Source of the DNA: a virus | Length of the DNA: 64,000 nucleotides | Strand: one strand, 5' to 3' | Virus record (IMG/VR): IMGVR_UViG_3300046167_000659 | Span: 2,608 to 66,607 of that record | In this document: positions 1 to 8,795 of the stretch, one piece after another | Numbering within the stretch: the first letter of the stretch is position 1 | How the letters are laid out: the number at the start of each line of letters is the position of its first letter | The notes under the pieces: model-generated | Databases searched by the model: none | Told to the model about the DNA's origin: nothing | The model's input: the letters and a program-made list of their open reading frames with translations, nothing else | Program-made: the position numbers and the translations under genes

Positions 1-915
1 AAAGCCATTCTTAACAAAGTCGGTAACTTCATCTTCAATATCCCTGAATGTTGTAACATTCTCAAGCGGTACTGGTCTTGCTCCTGAAATACGCTCTGAT
101 AGTTTTTCTTTTCCATACTTTTGTAAATATTCATTTGCATCTTTACAATCTTCAAACGATGCTAAGTAACAAGTTTCAGATCCTAATCTTCTAACTAGTT
201 CTGCTTGTAATGCTTGACCTGCTTCGTCTGTGTCTACAGCTAGTATGATTTTTTCTTTGTCTTCGAAATAATCTATACAAGCATCTAAGTAATCAAGGTT
301 ATTGCTATTTAATGTAGCTCCGTTAGGAACTGATATTGCATTTGTTATACCAGCTTCGTGTAGTGCAAGCACATCCATTTCACCTTCAACAATAACACAA
401 TACTCATAACCTATTATACTGTTTATATTATAGAATACTTTTTCAGCACCCTTATATAATTTAAAGTTTTTTCGTCCATCACGATACTTAACATTAATAA
501 GTTGATCGCCCATGAAGTAATTAAACTTTATAACGTTCTCGGTTTTACCGGTCTGAGGCATAAACTCAGGACCCTCACTAATTTTAAGATCAGTGAGAGT
601 TTGCTGAGATATTCCCCTAGTTTTAAACCACTCAACCACTTTGCTAGCTGGAGGCTTATGTACAACCTCTGCAGGTCTTACATATACCTTTTCACTAGCA
701 CCTTTACGCTGATACGTATGTAGTTGAAATGATGTATTACAGTTGTGACAAGTACCGAGACCCCGTTCCCAATCATACGAAGCACATTTTGCTTTTGTAT
801 TCTTAGGTTTTCTATCGTGAGAACAAAGAGGACATATGCCCTGCTTTTTTCCCTCTTCAAGCTTATGTTGATTGAACTCATCAATCAAAAATCCATTGAT
901 CTCTGTTGTCTGCAT
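1..915 (-). CDS. DNA primase/helicase (T7 gp4/Twinkle-like), N-terminal part; runs off the window
   Basis: Manual translation from ATG at 915: zinc finger CPLC...CHNC, TOPRIM motifs IVEGEMDVLAL and ILAVDTDEAG. Missing from the ORF track because there is no stop in the window. Confidence 0.9.
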   Translation of the reverse strand, partial: MQTTEINGFLIDEFNQHKLEEGKKQGICPLCSHDRKPKNTKAKCASYDWERGLGTCHNCNTSFQLHTYQRKGASEKVYVRPAEVVHKPPASKVVEWFKTRGISQQTLTDLKISEGPEFMPQTGKTENVIKFNYFMGDQLINVKYRDGRKNFKLYKGAEKVFYNINSIIGYEYCVIVEGEMDVLALHEAGITNAISVPNGATLNSNNLDYLDACIDYFEDKEKIILAVDTDEAGQALQAELVRRLGSETCYLASFEDCKDANEYLQKYGKEKLSERISGARPVPLENVTTFRDIEDEVTDFVKNGF

Positions 916-966
916 TTAATTTAATTTAATTTGTTAATCTACTCTACTTTACATATGTGTATAGCA

Positions 967-1275
967 TTAGAACGGTAGATCATCTGCAGGTTCTGGCACT
1001 GCCGCTGCTTGTTGAGGCTGACCATCACGTGGCGCTGCTGCAACATTGTCTCCGTTAGTCCACACTACTTTGACATTACCTAAATAAGTCTTAGCTACTT
1101 TAGCTTCGCGTTCTTCTTTAGTCTGCTCAACTACAACTGGTCCTTGATTTCCGTAGTTATCTACTTCATCGTTTAATGTAATTGTGATAGGTAAATACTT
1201 ACCTTTTTTGCCAACATAAATTTTATCCTTTGGGATTTCATTTAAGTTGATACTTGCTTTAATAATACTTGCCAT
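967..1275 (-). CDS. Single-stranded DNA-binding protein (phage type)
   Basis: 102 aa, beta-rich, acidic C-terminal tail ADDLPF; adjacent to recombinase and exonuclease. Confidence 0.65.
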   Translation of the reverse strand: MASIIKASINLNEIPKDKIYVGKKGKYLPITITLNDEVDNYGNQGPVVVEQTKEEREAKVAKTYLGNVKVVWTNGDNVAAAPRDGQPQQAAAVPEPADDLPF

Positions 1276-1277
1276 AA

Positions 1278-2009
1278 TTATAGGGTTTTGTTAATAAAAT
1301 AATTTTCCGGTTTAAAGTCCGGGTTTTTAAAAAATAAATTGTAAGCTTCACTTGCTTGCTGAACTTTATCCTCTCCGTAAGAAAGGAACTTATCAGAACA
1401 GTCATATATACCTATTTGATGCGTGTTCTTATCTATGACCATAAAGATCATTTCATAACCAAACAGCTTTTGGTATATATAAGCTTGACTGTTGTAATTG
1501 TACTTTGATGCTGAATATTGAAACTTAGAAATATCTGCAGTTGTTTTTAGATCAATGATTAACTTCTCATCGTGATTAACAATATCTGCTTTACCTTTCC
1601 ATTGGTTTCCGAATATCTCAGCAATCCCAGGTACTTCGTACTCTACGTTTTCACCACGTATTAAATTTCTACAGATTTCATTAGACATCATTTTGTCTAC
1701 TAATAATTCTGTTTGATCTACTTCGTGTTGTAATAAGCAAAGTTCTCCGTCTGAGATCTCTTTGTACGCTTTGGTATTCCTAGTCGTCGTTTCTATTATC
1801 TTAAAATTCTTGAGCTTATGTGGTTCAAGAATAGCTGTATGAAAATAGCCTCCAACTAGGAATGCGGGGATTGGTTTCATTGGTTTCCCTAGCGCCAAAG
1901 GATTTGTTAATAAGGTCGAGATATCTGAATTACTTAGGAATTGTTTTCCAAACTTACCATAGTAATGTTCATCTTCTCTCAACTTGTTTAACTCATCTTT
2001 TCTCTTCAT
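1278..2009 (-). CDS. PD-(D/E)xK exonuclease (RecE/DUF3799-like)
   Basis: LSNSDI...G.YFH.AILEP, KGKADIV, IIDLKTT, Y..QAYIY motifs. Confidence 0.85.
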   Translation of the reverse strand: MKRKDELNKLREDEHYYGKFGKQFLSNSDISTLLTNPLALGKPMKPIPAFLVGGYFHTAILEPHKLKNFKIIETTTRNTKAYKEISDGELCLLQHEVDQTELLVDKMMSNEICRNLIRGENVEYEVPGIAEIFGNQWKGKADIVNHDEKLIIDLKTTADISKFQYSASKYNYNSQAYIYQKLFGYEMIFMVIDKNTHQIGIYDCSDKFLSYGEDKVQQASEAYNLFFKNPDFKPENYFINKTL

Positions 2010-2533
2010 TATAACGTTTTTAATGTTGCGGCGGGTATGTCGTACTTCTTTTTAATAGCTTCTAGACTACCGCCTGATTTGATGAAAGCTTTTGCTTTCG
2101 TTAATGCAGCTCCTTCTAACTTAGGTTTGACTGCGTTACCTTTACCGTGAGTGTTTGTTGCGTCACTGTCTGCTGTGTCATCGATTAGAAATAAATTTCC
2201 AAGCGCATATTTTTTAGCATAACTAGACGCTGATCCAAACTGCTGAGGTACGTTCATACCTTTTTGGTTTAAATCTACACCAACGATAGCATTAGCGTGT
2301 ATAGCATTGTCGCCGTCACTTATAGACGCAGTAGACTGCATCATAGGTAAAGGGTCAACACTAATGATTTGCTCATTGATTGTTACCGTAACTCCTAACT
2401 CTAACAGAAAGGGCTTTGTTGCTTCAAGGATGTCTTCGGCTGATCTGAAGTTGTATTTGCCGAAGGAGTTAAATCTACTTTTTTTCGATTTAAACTTTGT
2501 CTGGATCGTTGCCAGTTTCTCATTTAAGGTCAT
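2009..2533 (-). CDS. ERF-family single-strand annealing protein
   Basis: NSFGKYNFRSAEDIL and QQFGSASSYAKKYALGNLF.IDD..D.D motifs. Confidence 0.85.
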   Translation of the reverse strand: MTLNEKLATIQTKFKSKKSRFNSFGKYNFRSAEDILEATKPFLLELGVTVTINEQIISVDPLPMMQSTASISDGDNAIHANAIVGVDLNQKGMNVPQQFGSASSYAKKYALGNLFLIDDTADSDATNTHGKGNAVKPKLEGAALTKAKAFIKSGGSLEAIKKKYDIPAATLKTL

Positions 2534-2555
2534 ATGGTTTTTATTGGTATATTAA

Positions 2556-2583
2556 TATAATTACGTATTTTTTTTAATAATTA
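2556..2583 (-). promoter_or_regulatory. Putative class-II phage promoter TAATT-N13-CGTAATTATA
   Basis: Same spacing and -10-like box as the sites at 13057, 15169 and 28497; intergenic, upstream of the ERF gene. Confidence 0.5.
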
Positions 2584-2593
2584 ATCACTAAGC

Positions 2594-3352
2594 CTACAGA
2601 TAATCAATCACTTGCGATGGATCTACATTTTTTATAAGTATATCTATTGCTTCTTTTTTTATCTGTGAAACTCTTATATTTGCAGTAGCTACGCTTAGTC
2701 CTATGTACGATGCTATTTGTTTAGCAGACATTTTATCTTCATCTAAGCCATAAGACAATCTAACAACATCGTACTGCGCTTTAGATAAGTGCTGTTTCAT
2801 TAAACCTAAAATATAAATATTTATTAAGTTTATATTGTACGGCTCTGATTTGTCTTCTACTTGGTAAGCAAAGTTTTCTTCATTGTCTTCATACTTGTCG
2901 TAGCTTGAAAATATAGAATTGAAAAACATAGAAACCATTTTTTCATCGTTAGGTGATTTACGTATTTCATTAAGCTTGTGTTCTGGTATTTTTATATTAC
3001 CTCTGTTTATATCTATAGCTCTACGTATAGCTCCTTTTATTCTTTTAGAGAAAAAAGATTTTAGTGTTTTTTCAATGTCAGGGGAGTCAGCTAGTTTTTC
3101 TTCCCAGTCAAGTTTGTCTACAGCTAGAGTTAAGCCTTTGTTTCCTTCTTGAAGCAAATCGTTAATGCTCATGACACCTGATGCTTGTTGCGTGGTAGAA
3201 AACTTACGTGCTAGATTTTCTACAAGAGGCATAAACTTAATAATAAGCTCATCACGAGTATATTCGTCCCACATTTTACCTTCAAGATTTGCTATTGATG
3301 TCTTTACATCATTCTTATATCTTACGTAGTTTTGTACGTTATATTTCTTCAT
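2594..3352 (-). CDS. Phage-encoded sigma-70-family RNA polymerase sigma factor
   Basis: Region 2 (LVENLARKF...DLLQEGNKGL..AVDK...RIKGAIRRAI), IKIPEH, region 4 HTH (VVRLSYGL...SAKQIA...RVSQIKKEA). Confidence 0.9.
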   Translation of the reverse strand: MKKYNVQNYVRYKNDVKTSIANLEGKMWDEYTRDELIIKFMPLVENLARKFSTTQQASGVMSINDLLQEGNKGLTLAVDKLDWEEKLADSPDIEKTLKSFFSKRIKGAIRRAIDINRGNIKIPEHKLNEIRKSPNDEKMVSMFFNSIFSSYDKYEDNEENFAYQVEDKSEPYNINLINIYILGLMKQHLSKAQYDVVRLSYGLDEDKMSAKQIASYIGLSVATANIRVSQIKKEAIDILIKNVDPSQVIDYL

Positions 3353-3375
3353 AATCTTCTAGTTTTTCAAAAGCT

Positions 3376-3424
3376 TGTGACATTAGCCTGTTATCAGCAT
3401 AGTATATATTACCTATGTTTGCCA
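3376..3424. repeat. Dyad element copy A (degenerate right arm)
   Basis: TGTGACATTAGCCTGTTA...TACCTATGTTTGCCA, upstream of the sigma gene; left arm matches the other copies. Confidence 0.5.
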
Positions 3425-3445
3425 TCCACTCGTTAAAGTCTTGTT

Positions 3446-4066
3446 TCATAATTCTTGATTTAATAATTCTTTTTCTTTCTTAAGATCCATGCCCATATTT
3501 CTATGTATTGTACGAGCTGAACAGTCTAGTAACCCTGCTATTCGACCTATTGTTATTTTCTTACCCATATCGTGTATGTCTAACATGCACTGATAAATAT
3601 CATCTTCGTGTACAGTTTTAGATCGACCTACCATTTTACCTACAACACTTAATTTTTCTTCAGTTGTTAGTTTACAAAACTCTTTGAAGATAATCTTACG
3701 TTGTTTGTTACGCGGTGGGTGATCTAAGTCCATCATACTTACTTCATATACCATTGTGTATAGCAATGATTCATTAACAGTAAATGTTATAAAACCAGTG
3801 CGCTTGTTACATATATACTTAAATAAAGCTTGAAACTCATCTTGATCTAGTTGAGGGTTTAAATACCATAGAACAAGCATATGCCACTTAAGAGATTTAT
3901 ATGTTGTTATCTTAGCTTTGCTACGAAATAATTCATAGCATTCATATGTACCATCTTCATAGTAATCACCCCAGTCAAACGACTCTGTTGGTTGATCCGT
4001 GATCGGTGATCTACGGTATATGATACGTCTCTTGATAAGATAATCAAGGTTTCTATTGTGTGACAT
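3446..4066 (-). CDS. Putative DNA-binding/replication protein with C-terminal HTH
   Basis: C-terminal ITIGRIAGLLDCSARTIHRNM HTH; central helical region reminiscent of PriCT (inference). Confidence 0.55.
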   Translation of the reverse strand: MSHNRNLDYLIKRRIIYRRSPITDQPTESFDWGDYYEDGTYECYELFRSKAKITTYKSLKWHMLVLWYLNPQLDQDEFQALFKYICNKRTGFITFTVNESLLYTMVYEVSMMDLDHPPRNKQRKIIFKEFCKLTTEEKLSVVGKMVGRSKTVHEDDIYQCMLDIHDMGKKITIGRIAGLLDCSARTIHRNMGMDLKKEKELLNQEL

Positions 4067-4104
4067 AAGCCTGTTACTATTTATATTCGAGGGCTGTTGT
4101 CATA
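4059..4104. repeat. Dyad element copy B, overlapping the start codon of the HTH gene
   Basis: TGTGACATAAGCC-TGTTACTATTTATATTCGAG-GGCTGTTGTCATA; its CAT at 4064-4066 is the ATG of the minus-strand gene. Confidence 0.75.
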
Positions 4105-4198
4105 GTCCTCGGTTGGTATTAATTGTTGGTAAAAAATATGATTATTATTATAATCATTTTCTGTCTCCAACCTCATTTGTTCAAATAATTCTCTAGTT

Positions 4199-4673
4199 CT
4201 ACCCATTTGGTCTTGTTATTATTTCTTCACCTTTGTTTCTTACTGAAACTTTTTCAGCTTCATAATAATTCCAATACGCTGATATACTATCGCCTTCAAC
4301 TTTGTATTCATCAGGCATACACTGCGGTGGCTCTGTAAAGCCAGTATCAGGTATACCAGCTGGAGCAAACGCTAGAGCATCTCTGCATTTTTCAATACTA
4401 AGATGATACTTACCGTATCGTTTAGTATACTGCTTACCGATACCTAGCATATGCTCATACAACCAATAGTAGTTTGATCTACTAGATCTAGCCCATATTG
4501 TAGACGGGATGGTTTAAATGAGCTTTCTTATAAGGCACATTGTCACCGTTGTCGTGCACGTGATGAGCTGTACAAAGCATTTGAGCACACTCTAAGATCA
4601 TCTTAACTTTATGTTTATCGTAAAAGAATGTTGCAGCTTTGTATGGGTTATGGTGTAAATAAAATATATTCAT
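4199..4673 (-). CDS. Pyrimidine-dimer DNA glycosylase/endonuclease V-like protein (split by a probable sequencing frameshift near 4507)
   Basis: MNIFYL...DKH..KMILECAQMLCTAH, YKKAHLNHP, then PPQCMPDEYK...AYWNYY in the next frame. Confidence 0.75.
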
Positions 4674-4776
4674 TAGTATTTTTTATTATTAACTCTGTTA
4701 TAATGACAGTCAAGAAGTTGATGTACAACCTCTTCACTTATCATATTTTCGTTGTATAGTTTCCATATTAATTTAC

Positions 4777-5049
4777 TCATAATCCTGATTTTTGTAAGAA
4801 ATAGTTATAAACTTCTGGTATATGCTTTTTGTAATAAGGCTGTTCTGATGCAACCCATTTTTTAAGCTCTGCTTTAGACTTAAAGCCTGCACTATGATCC
4901 CAAAATCCATCAGATCTTTGTATAGTATTAAAACTTGGCTCTATGTCGTCTATAAAGTCGCCGACTGTCCAGCCTTCCCATATGTGTTTATCTCTATTTA
5001 CCATGTCTTGTATTGTATTAAAATATCTATCTGCTAGTGGATCATTCAT
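4777..5049 (-). CDS. Hypothetical protein (start probably at 5049, MNDPLADRYF)
   Basis: ORF; ATG overlaps the ligase stop; HIWEGWTVGDFI motif. Confidence 0.6.
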   Translation of the reverse strand: MNDPLADRYFNTIQDMVNRDKHIWEGWTVGDFIDDIEPSFNTIQRSDGFWDHSAGFKSKAELKKWVASEQPYYKKHIPEVYNYFLQKSGL

Positions 5050-5878
5050 AATTTCTAAGTGTTTTAAATAGCGGGTGTCTGTAAGAACCTGCTTGTGTTC
5101 GTTGAAAATAAGTAAAGGTAGCACGCTGACCGATATAGTCGTGTATATTGTCTAGTATATTTTTACGATCTGCAAAGTTGTAACCTTTACCGATAGGGCA
5201 GCCAAACATTATGCCATCATCATCTAGCATTAAGAACTTGCCAATAAGACCTGTAAACTTACCTTTGCCAGCTTCATAGCCTACAATAGTAGCTTCTGTG
5301 TCACTGAAGTCTTTGAACTTCTGCAAATTGTAAGAACGTTTATGCTCATACTTTTTGTTAAGACGTAACATAGAGCCTTCGTAACCTTGAGCTAAGTGTA
5401 CATTGTGTAACATTTTAGCTTCATCATAGCTATCAACAACTGTATTTTTAATAAGTGTCATTGTAGCTGCGATAGGCAAGTAACGAGTTAGCCAATTAAA
5501 ACGATCTTCGTAATTAACGTCGTGTAGCATATTGTGAATACCATCATACACATGATATTGTACAAGATGCTGCGCGTCACGCGCGTCCTGATCAGTTGGT
5601 TTTTGTTTTCTAACTAATGATATGATCTTTTCAAAATCGTCCTTTAGAGCATGATTATACAGCTCACCGTCTAGTATTACGTTAGGATGTTTTCTGAAAA
5701 AATCTGTTAGATCATACTTAATATGAGCTAGGTTTTTAAATTCTTTACCTGTACGAGAGTACGCACCGTCTTTAGTGAATATACAACGAACACCGTCAAG
5801 CTTAGGTTGTATGAATACTTTCTCGGACCAGTCGACAGGTTTTTTGTCTACTTTGTATGCGAGCATTGGTTTTATCAT
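5042..5878 (-). CDS. ATP-dependent DNA ligase
   Basis: Motif I QPKLDGVRC, LDGELY, YHVYD, GYEGSMLR, LQKFK; OB-fold end with RHPLF. Confidence 0.95.
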   Translation of the reverse strand: MIKPMLAYKVDKKPVDWSEKVFIQPKLDGVRCIFTKDGAYSRTGKEFKNLAHIKYDLTDFFRKHPNVILDGELYNHALKDDFEKIISLVRKQKPTDQDARDAQHLVQYHVYDGIHNMLHDVNYEDRFNWLTRYLPIAATMTLIKNTVVDSYDEAKMLHNVHLAQGYEGSMLRLNKKYEHKRSYNLQKFKDFSDTEATIVGYEAGKGKFTGLIGKFLMLDDDGIMFGCPIGKGYNFADRKNILDNIHDYIGQRATFTYFQRTQAGSYRHPLFKTLRNYE

Positions 5879-6153
5879 AGTTTATATTTGTTTTTTAAGT
5901 GTTTAATTTTATTTGCTACGATTCTTGCAGCTTCGTAATTTTCTTCTGTTTCTAGTCTGTCTAATGTTTCTTGAAGACCGTCAATCTCTTCGATTATAAG
6001 CTCGTCTTGAGTTATAGTGCCGAACTCAATATTGGTATTTTCATCTACCATTGATTGAATATCGGCCTTAAACTCTTCGTCATAAGCTTTTTGTCTTTCG
6101 ATTATCTTGTCTACAATAAGATCAGCCAACTTGCTCATTTCTTTATCTGTCAT
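5875..6153 (-). CDS. Hypothetical protein with UvrB/C-like C-terminal helix
   Basis: ENYEAARIVANKIK resembles the UVR motif. Confidence 0.5.
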   Translation of the reverse strand: MTDKEMSKLADLIVDKIIERQKAYDEEFKADIQSMVDENTNIEFGTITQDELIIEEIDGLQETLDRLETEENYEAARIVANKIKHLKNKYKL

Positions 6154-6387
6154 TTACGATACTCTTCTATAGTTATAAGTTGATAGTACGTGCTTGTTAA
6201 TAAACTTGCCTTTAGATTGAGATAATCTCAAGCCTTCGAATACAAAGTTTGGAACTTTAGTATAGCTGTAAGAACTACCGTTTGTATACGTCAAGGTTAG
6301 TTTATAGCTATCATACTCATAATCAGCCTTTTGTATAGCGGTTGAGTTGACTTCTACAGTCTGCATTGGTAAAATTAATTTGTTCAT
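6154..6387 (-). CDS. KTSC domain protein
   Basis: VNSTAIQKADY...L.LTYTNGSSYSY..VP...F..L..SQSKGKFINKHV. Confidence 0.9.
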   Translation of the reverse strand: MNKLILPMQTVEVNSTAIQKADYEYDSYKLTLTYTNGSSYSYTKVPNFVFEGLRLSQSKGKFINKHVLSTYNYRRVS

Positions 6388-6416
6388 AAGTTATTTAATT
6401 TAATTGTTAATAATTG

Positions 6417-6489
6417 TTGTCTCACTAGGGATCGAACCTAGACTCTTTGGTACCAAAAACCAACGTGTTGCCAATTACACCATGAGACA
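6417..6489 (-). tRNA. tRNA-Gln(UUG), CCA not encoded
   Basis: TGTCTCA acceptor pairs with TGAGACA; D arm TGGTGTAATTGGCAACAC; anticodon arm TTGGT-TTTTGGT-ACCAA; T arm CTAGG-TTCGATC-CCTAG. Confidence 0.93.
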
Positions 6490-6496
6490 TTTGTTA

Positions 6497-6537
6497 TTAC
6501 ATATATATTATCCGAAGACAATCGTATTTAGTTTGTA
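6497..6537 (-). promoter_or_regulatory. 41-bp early promoter-like motif, copy 1
   Basis: TACAAACTAAATACGATTGTCTTCGGATAATATATATGTAA, 7 nt upstream of tRNA-Gln. Confidence 0.8.
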
Positions 6538-6538
6538 A

Positions 6539-6802
6539 TTAATCTAGTAAAGCCATGTAAGCTTCAGGGTTATTTTGCCTGAACCATCTAACACCTTTTT
6601 GGTAGTCATCTATCATCTGATCGTTAACTCTATTAGAGGATCTTTCAAACAACATAGCACAACCCATCAAGAAGTCATACATACTAAGCTCTACATTATT
6701 TAATTCATATACCTCTCCACTGAAAGGATTTTTAACTGATTCACCTGTCTTATATAAAGATCCGTTGAACCAACTTGGTAATTTTTGTTTTGTTTCTGTC
6801 AT
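6539..6802 (-). CDS. Hypothetical phage protein
   Basis: 87-aa ORF in the operon; NPFSGE...WFRQNNPEAYMALLD. Confidence 0.7.
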   Translation of the reverse strand: MTETKQKLPSWFNGSLYKTGESVKNPFSGEVYELNNVELSMYDFLMGCAMLFERSSNRVNDQMIDDYQKGVRWFRQNNPEAYMALLD

Positions 6803-6807
6803 TTTAT

Positions 6808-6958
6808 TTAATTATTATTTATATAGTATTCGCAACCGTTATTTTCTATAGGTGTAGGCACGAAGTATGATTGGTATTCACTTGGCTTTAGCTGTGAAAC
6901 GATAGCAAGTATGCTTCGCCTCACAACCGTCTCCATTGCACATTGATATATCTGGCAT
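6808..6958 (-). CDS. Small Cys-rich protein (one-base frameshift)
   Basis: MPDISMCNGDGCEAKHTCYRFTA, then +1 frame KPSEYQSYF...GCEYY; span 151 nt = 50 codons + 1. Confidence 0.55.
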
Positions 6959-6960
6959 GG

Positions 6961-7473
6961 TTAACTTAATATATTATTTACTTCGTTTATTAATTCTGCT
7001 GTTGTTTTAGGTGTAGGTTCATCATACACATAGCCTTCGTCTTTTAGCTCGTCTATAACTTCTTCTTCGAATCTTTCAGCTAGATACTCGAACAACTGCA
7101 CGATAGCGTCGTCAATGAATTGCTGGTGAAGATCATCTACATATATAATGTCAGGGAAATCTTCAGAACCGTTAGAATATCTAATATGTTCTTCAAGGGC
7201 ATCGCCTAGATCGCTGTCATAATAGTATACGTTTTCGTTTATATTAATAGAATTCTGGTCATACGTAGCTATAAACACTGAATAGCCATCGGCTGTTGAC
7301 TCTTCGTATATATAGAAGTCTGCGTTGCTAGTCCATTGATCGGTGAATTCTACACCAAAATGTTTTAATACTGATTCTTTAGCTAGATCTTCGTCATTAA
7401 TCTGCTTTTCACCGAAGCCTTTAGCTTCTAGTCTTTCGTTAATTAGTTCGTCTGTGATTAGTTTTTTACTCAT
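6961..7473 (-). CDS. Highly acidic hypothetical protein
   Basis: 170-aa D/E-rich ORF in the early region. Confidence 0.7.
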   Translation of the reverse strand: MSKKLITDELINERLEAKGFGEKQINDEDLAKESVLKHFGVEFTDQWTSNADFYIYEESTADGYSVFIATYDQNSININENVYYYDSDLGDALEEHIRYSNGSEDFPDIIYVDDLHQQFIDDAIVQLFEYLAERFEEEVIDELKDEGYVYDEPTPKTTAELINEVNNILS

Positions 7474-7731
7474 ATTATTGTTTTTCTATTAATTCTGTTA
7501 TGTAATTCCATACTTGTAGTTCTTTTTATAACCTTCTAGTACTTGTTCAAACTCCTCATATGTAACACCTCCGATGTTACCTGTTCTCAAGTCTTCCTTG
7601 TAAGTTTCAACATCTAAGGTTAGTATTGTAACTTTTGCAAAAGCTTTATTGCTTGCTCTATTCTTAATATCTGCAAGCGTCCATTCGCACATAGCCATTA
7701 TGCTACGTTGTTTTCAAGTTCGAATACGTCT

Positions 7732-7947
7732 TCACCATAACGCCAGTTCGAATGATTCTCTGTCAAGGTATTCCATGTCAGAGAACACAAAGATGTTTAA
7801 CACTTGACGAACAGTTAAGTCGTCGTAGTAAAATAATTGAGTAAGCAAGAACTCAATATCGTTAGTCATATCAGGATATCTAACCTTGTTGTCTTCCAAG
7901 CCTTTTTTAAACTCGGGCTTTAGCCGAGATAATAAATTTGATCTCAT
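7732..7947 (-). CDS. Hypothetical protein
   Basis: 71-aa ORF in the early operon. Confidence 0.6.
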   Translation of the reverse strand: MRSNLLSRLKPEFKKGLEDNKVRYPDMTNDIEFLLTQLFYYDDLTVRQVLNIFVFSDMEYLDRESFELALW

Positions 7948-8260
7948 ATGTTTATTCTTCTATATATTTTGCAATTTCTTTACATGTTTCTAAAATGTCT
8001 TCGAAGTATAGATTATCACGTAGATCATCTAAGCCGTCTTCGTCTGAGTACATAATAGTACTTAGTAAGCTGTCTAACTCTTGATAAAGGTATTTCATAT
8101 TTAGTAAGTTTTAAATTTTTTAGCAATTTGGTAGACATCATCTACATCTTGTTCGTCGTAATTTTCATGGTTTTGTGACCAGTCTCGTAAGACATAGTAT
8201 ACAAAAGCGCAGTCTTGTTCTGTTAATCCTTTAATTTTCATAGTTATAATTTTTTATTTG

Positions 8261-8301
8261 TTACATTAATATTATCCATTAGTCGTCGTATTTTGTTTGT
8301 A
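8261..8301 (-). promoter_or_regulatory. 41-bp early promoter-like motif, copy 2
   Basis: TACAAACAAAATACGACGACTAATGGATAATATTAATGTAA. Confidence 0.8.
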
Positions 8302-8422
8302 CATCTCGCTTGTTGTTCTTATGTTGTCTGTTACTTTTACAATAAGGACAGCTTCCGTTGTTTCTGCAAGTTTTATCAAACCTTTTTGAACCAGTGTAGG
8401 GCTTTTTTTTAGTCCTGCTCAT
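8279..8422 (-). CDS. Small basic Cys-containing protein (47 aa)
   Basis: MSRTKKKPYTGSKRFDKTCRNNGSCPYCKSNRQH; below the ORF-track size cut-off. Confidence 0.6.
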   Translation of the reverse strand: MSRTKKKPYTGSKRFDKTCRNNGSCPYCKSNRQHKNNKRDVQTKYDD

Positions 8423-8426
8423 CTAA

Positions 8427-8699
8427 TTAATTAAGATCTGCTAGTTTATACTCGCCTGATTCTATTTTAACTCTAGTGTCTGCAATACCTTCACCTAAAA
8501 ACTCGTTACGATATTTACTAGTTGTACGTGAGTAGTCCCAATAGTAATCATCTAACGTTATTTTACCATTATTGTCACGTAAAGCAATAACACTGTCATA
8601 ACTTTGAAAATAAGTTCCGTAGTTCGTATATATAACGAACTGATTAGCTACAGGTCTTCCTGAGCGGTTGCTTGTCATTTGTCTAACTTTTGCTGTCAT
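8427..8699 (-). CDS. Hypothetical protein (true start probably 8699, MTAKVRQM)
   Basis: VANQFVI...FQSYDSVIA...WDYSRTTSKYRNEFLG; the upstream extension in the track overlaps the mini-tmRNA. Confidence 0.7.
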   Translation of the reverse strand: MTAKVRQMTSNRSGRPVANQFVIYTNYGTYFQSYDSVIALRDNNGKITLDDYYWDYSRTTSKYRNEFLGEGIADTRVKIESGEYKLADLN

Positions 8700-8711
8700 A
8701 TTTAATTGTTT

Positions 8712-8792
8712 TAGTGGAGGTGGAGAGATTCGAACTCTCTTCCGCAATAGTTCCATATAGGCTTTCTATCACGTCAATACCAGGTCACCCCC
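8712..8792 (-). ncRNA. Mini-tmRNA: tRNA-like domain only, no tag reading frame
   Basis: GGGGGTG/CACCTCC acceptor with G3-U70 and A73; unpaired D loop ACCTGGTATTGA; helix CGTGATAG/CTATTGCG closed by a 15-nt loop; GAA linker; T arm GAGAG-TTCGAAT-CTCTC. Confidence 0.8.
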
Positions 8793-8795
8793 GTG

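Noticed and set aside
8700-8756. N-terminal extension MELLRKRVRISPPPL of ORF 8427-8756
   Set aside because: It overlaps the T arm and acceptor of the mini-tmRNA; the ATG at 8699 has the usual A-rich context.
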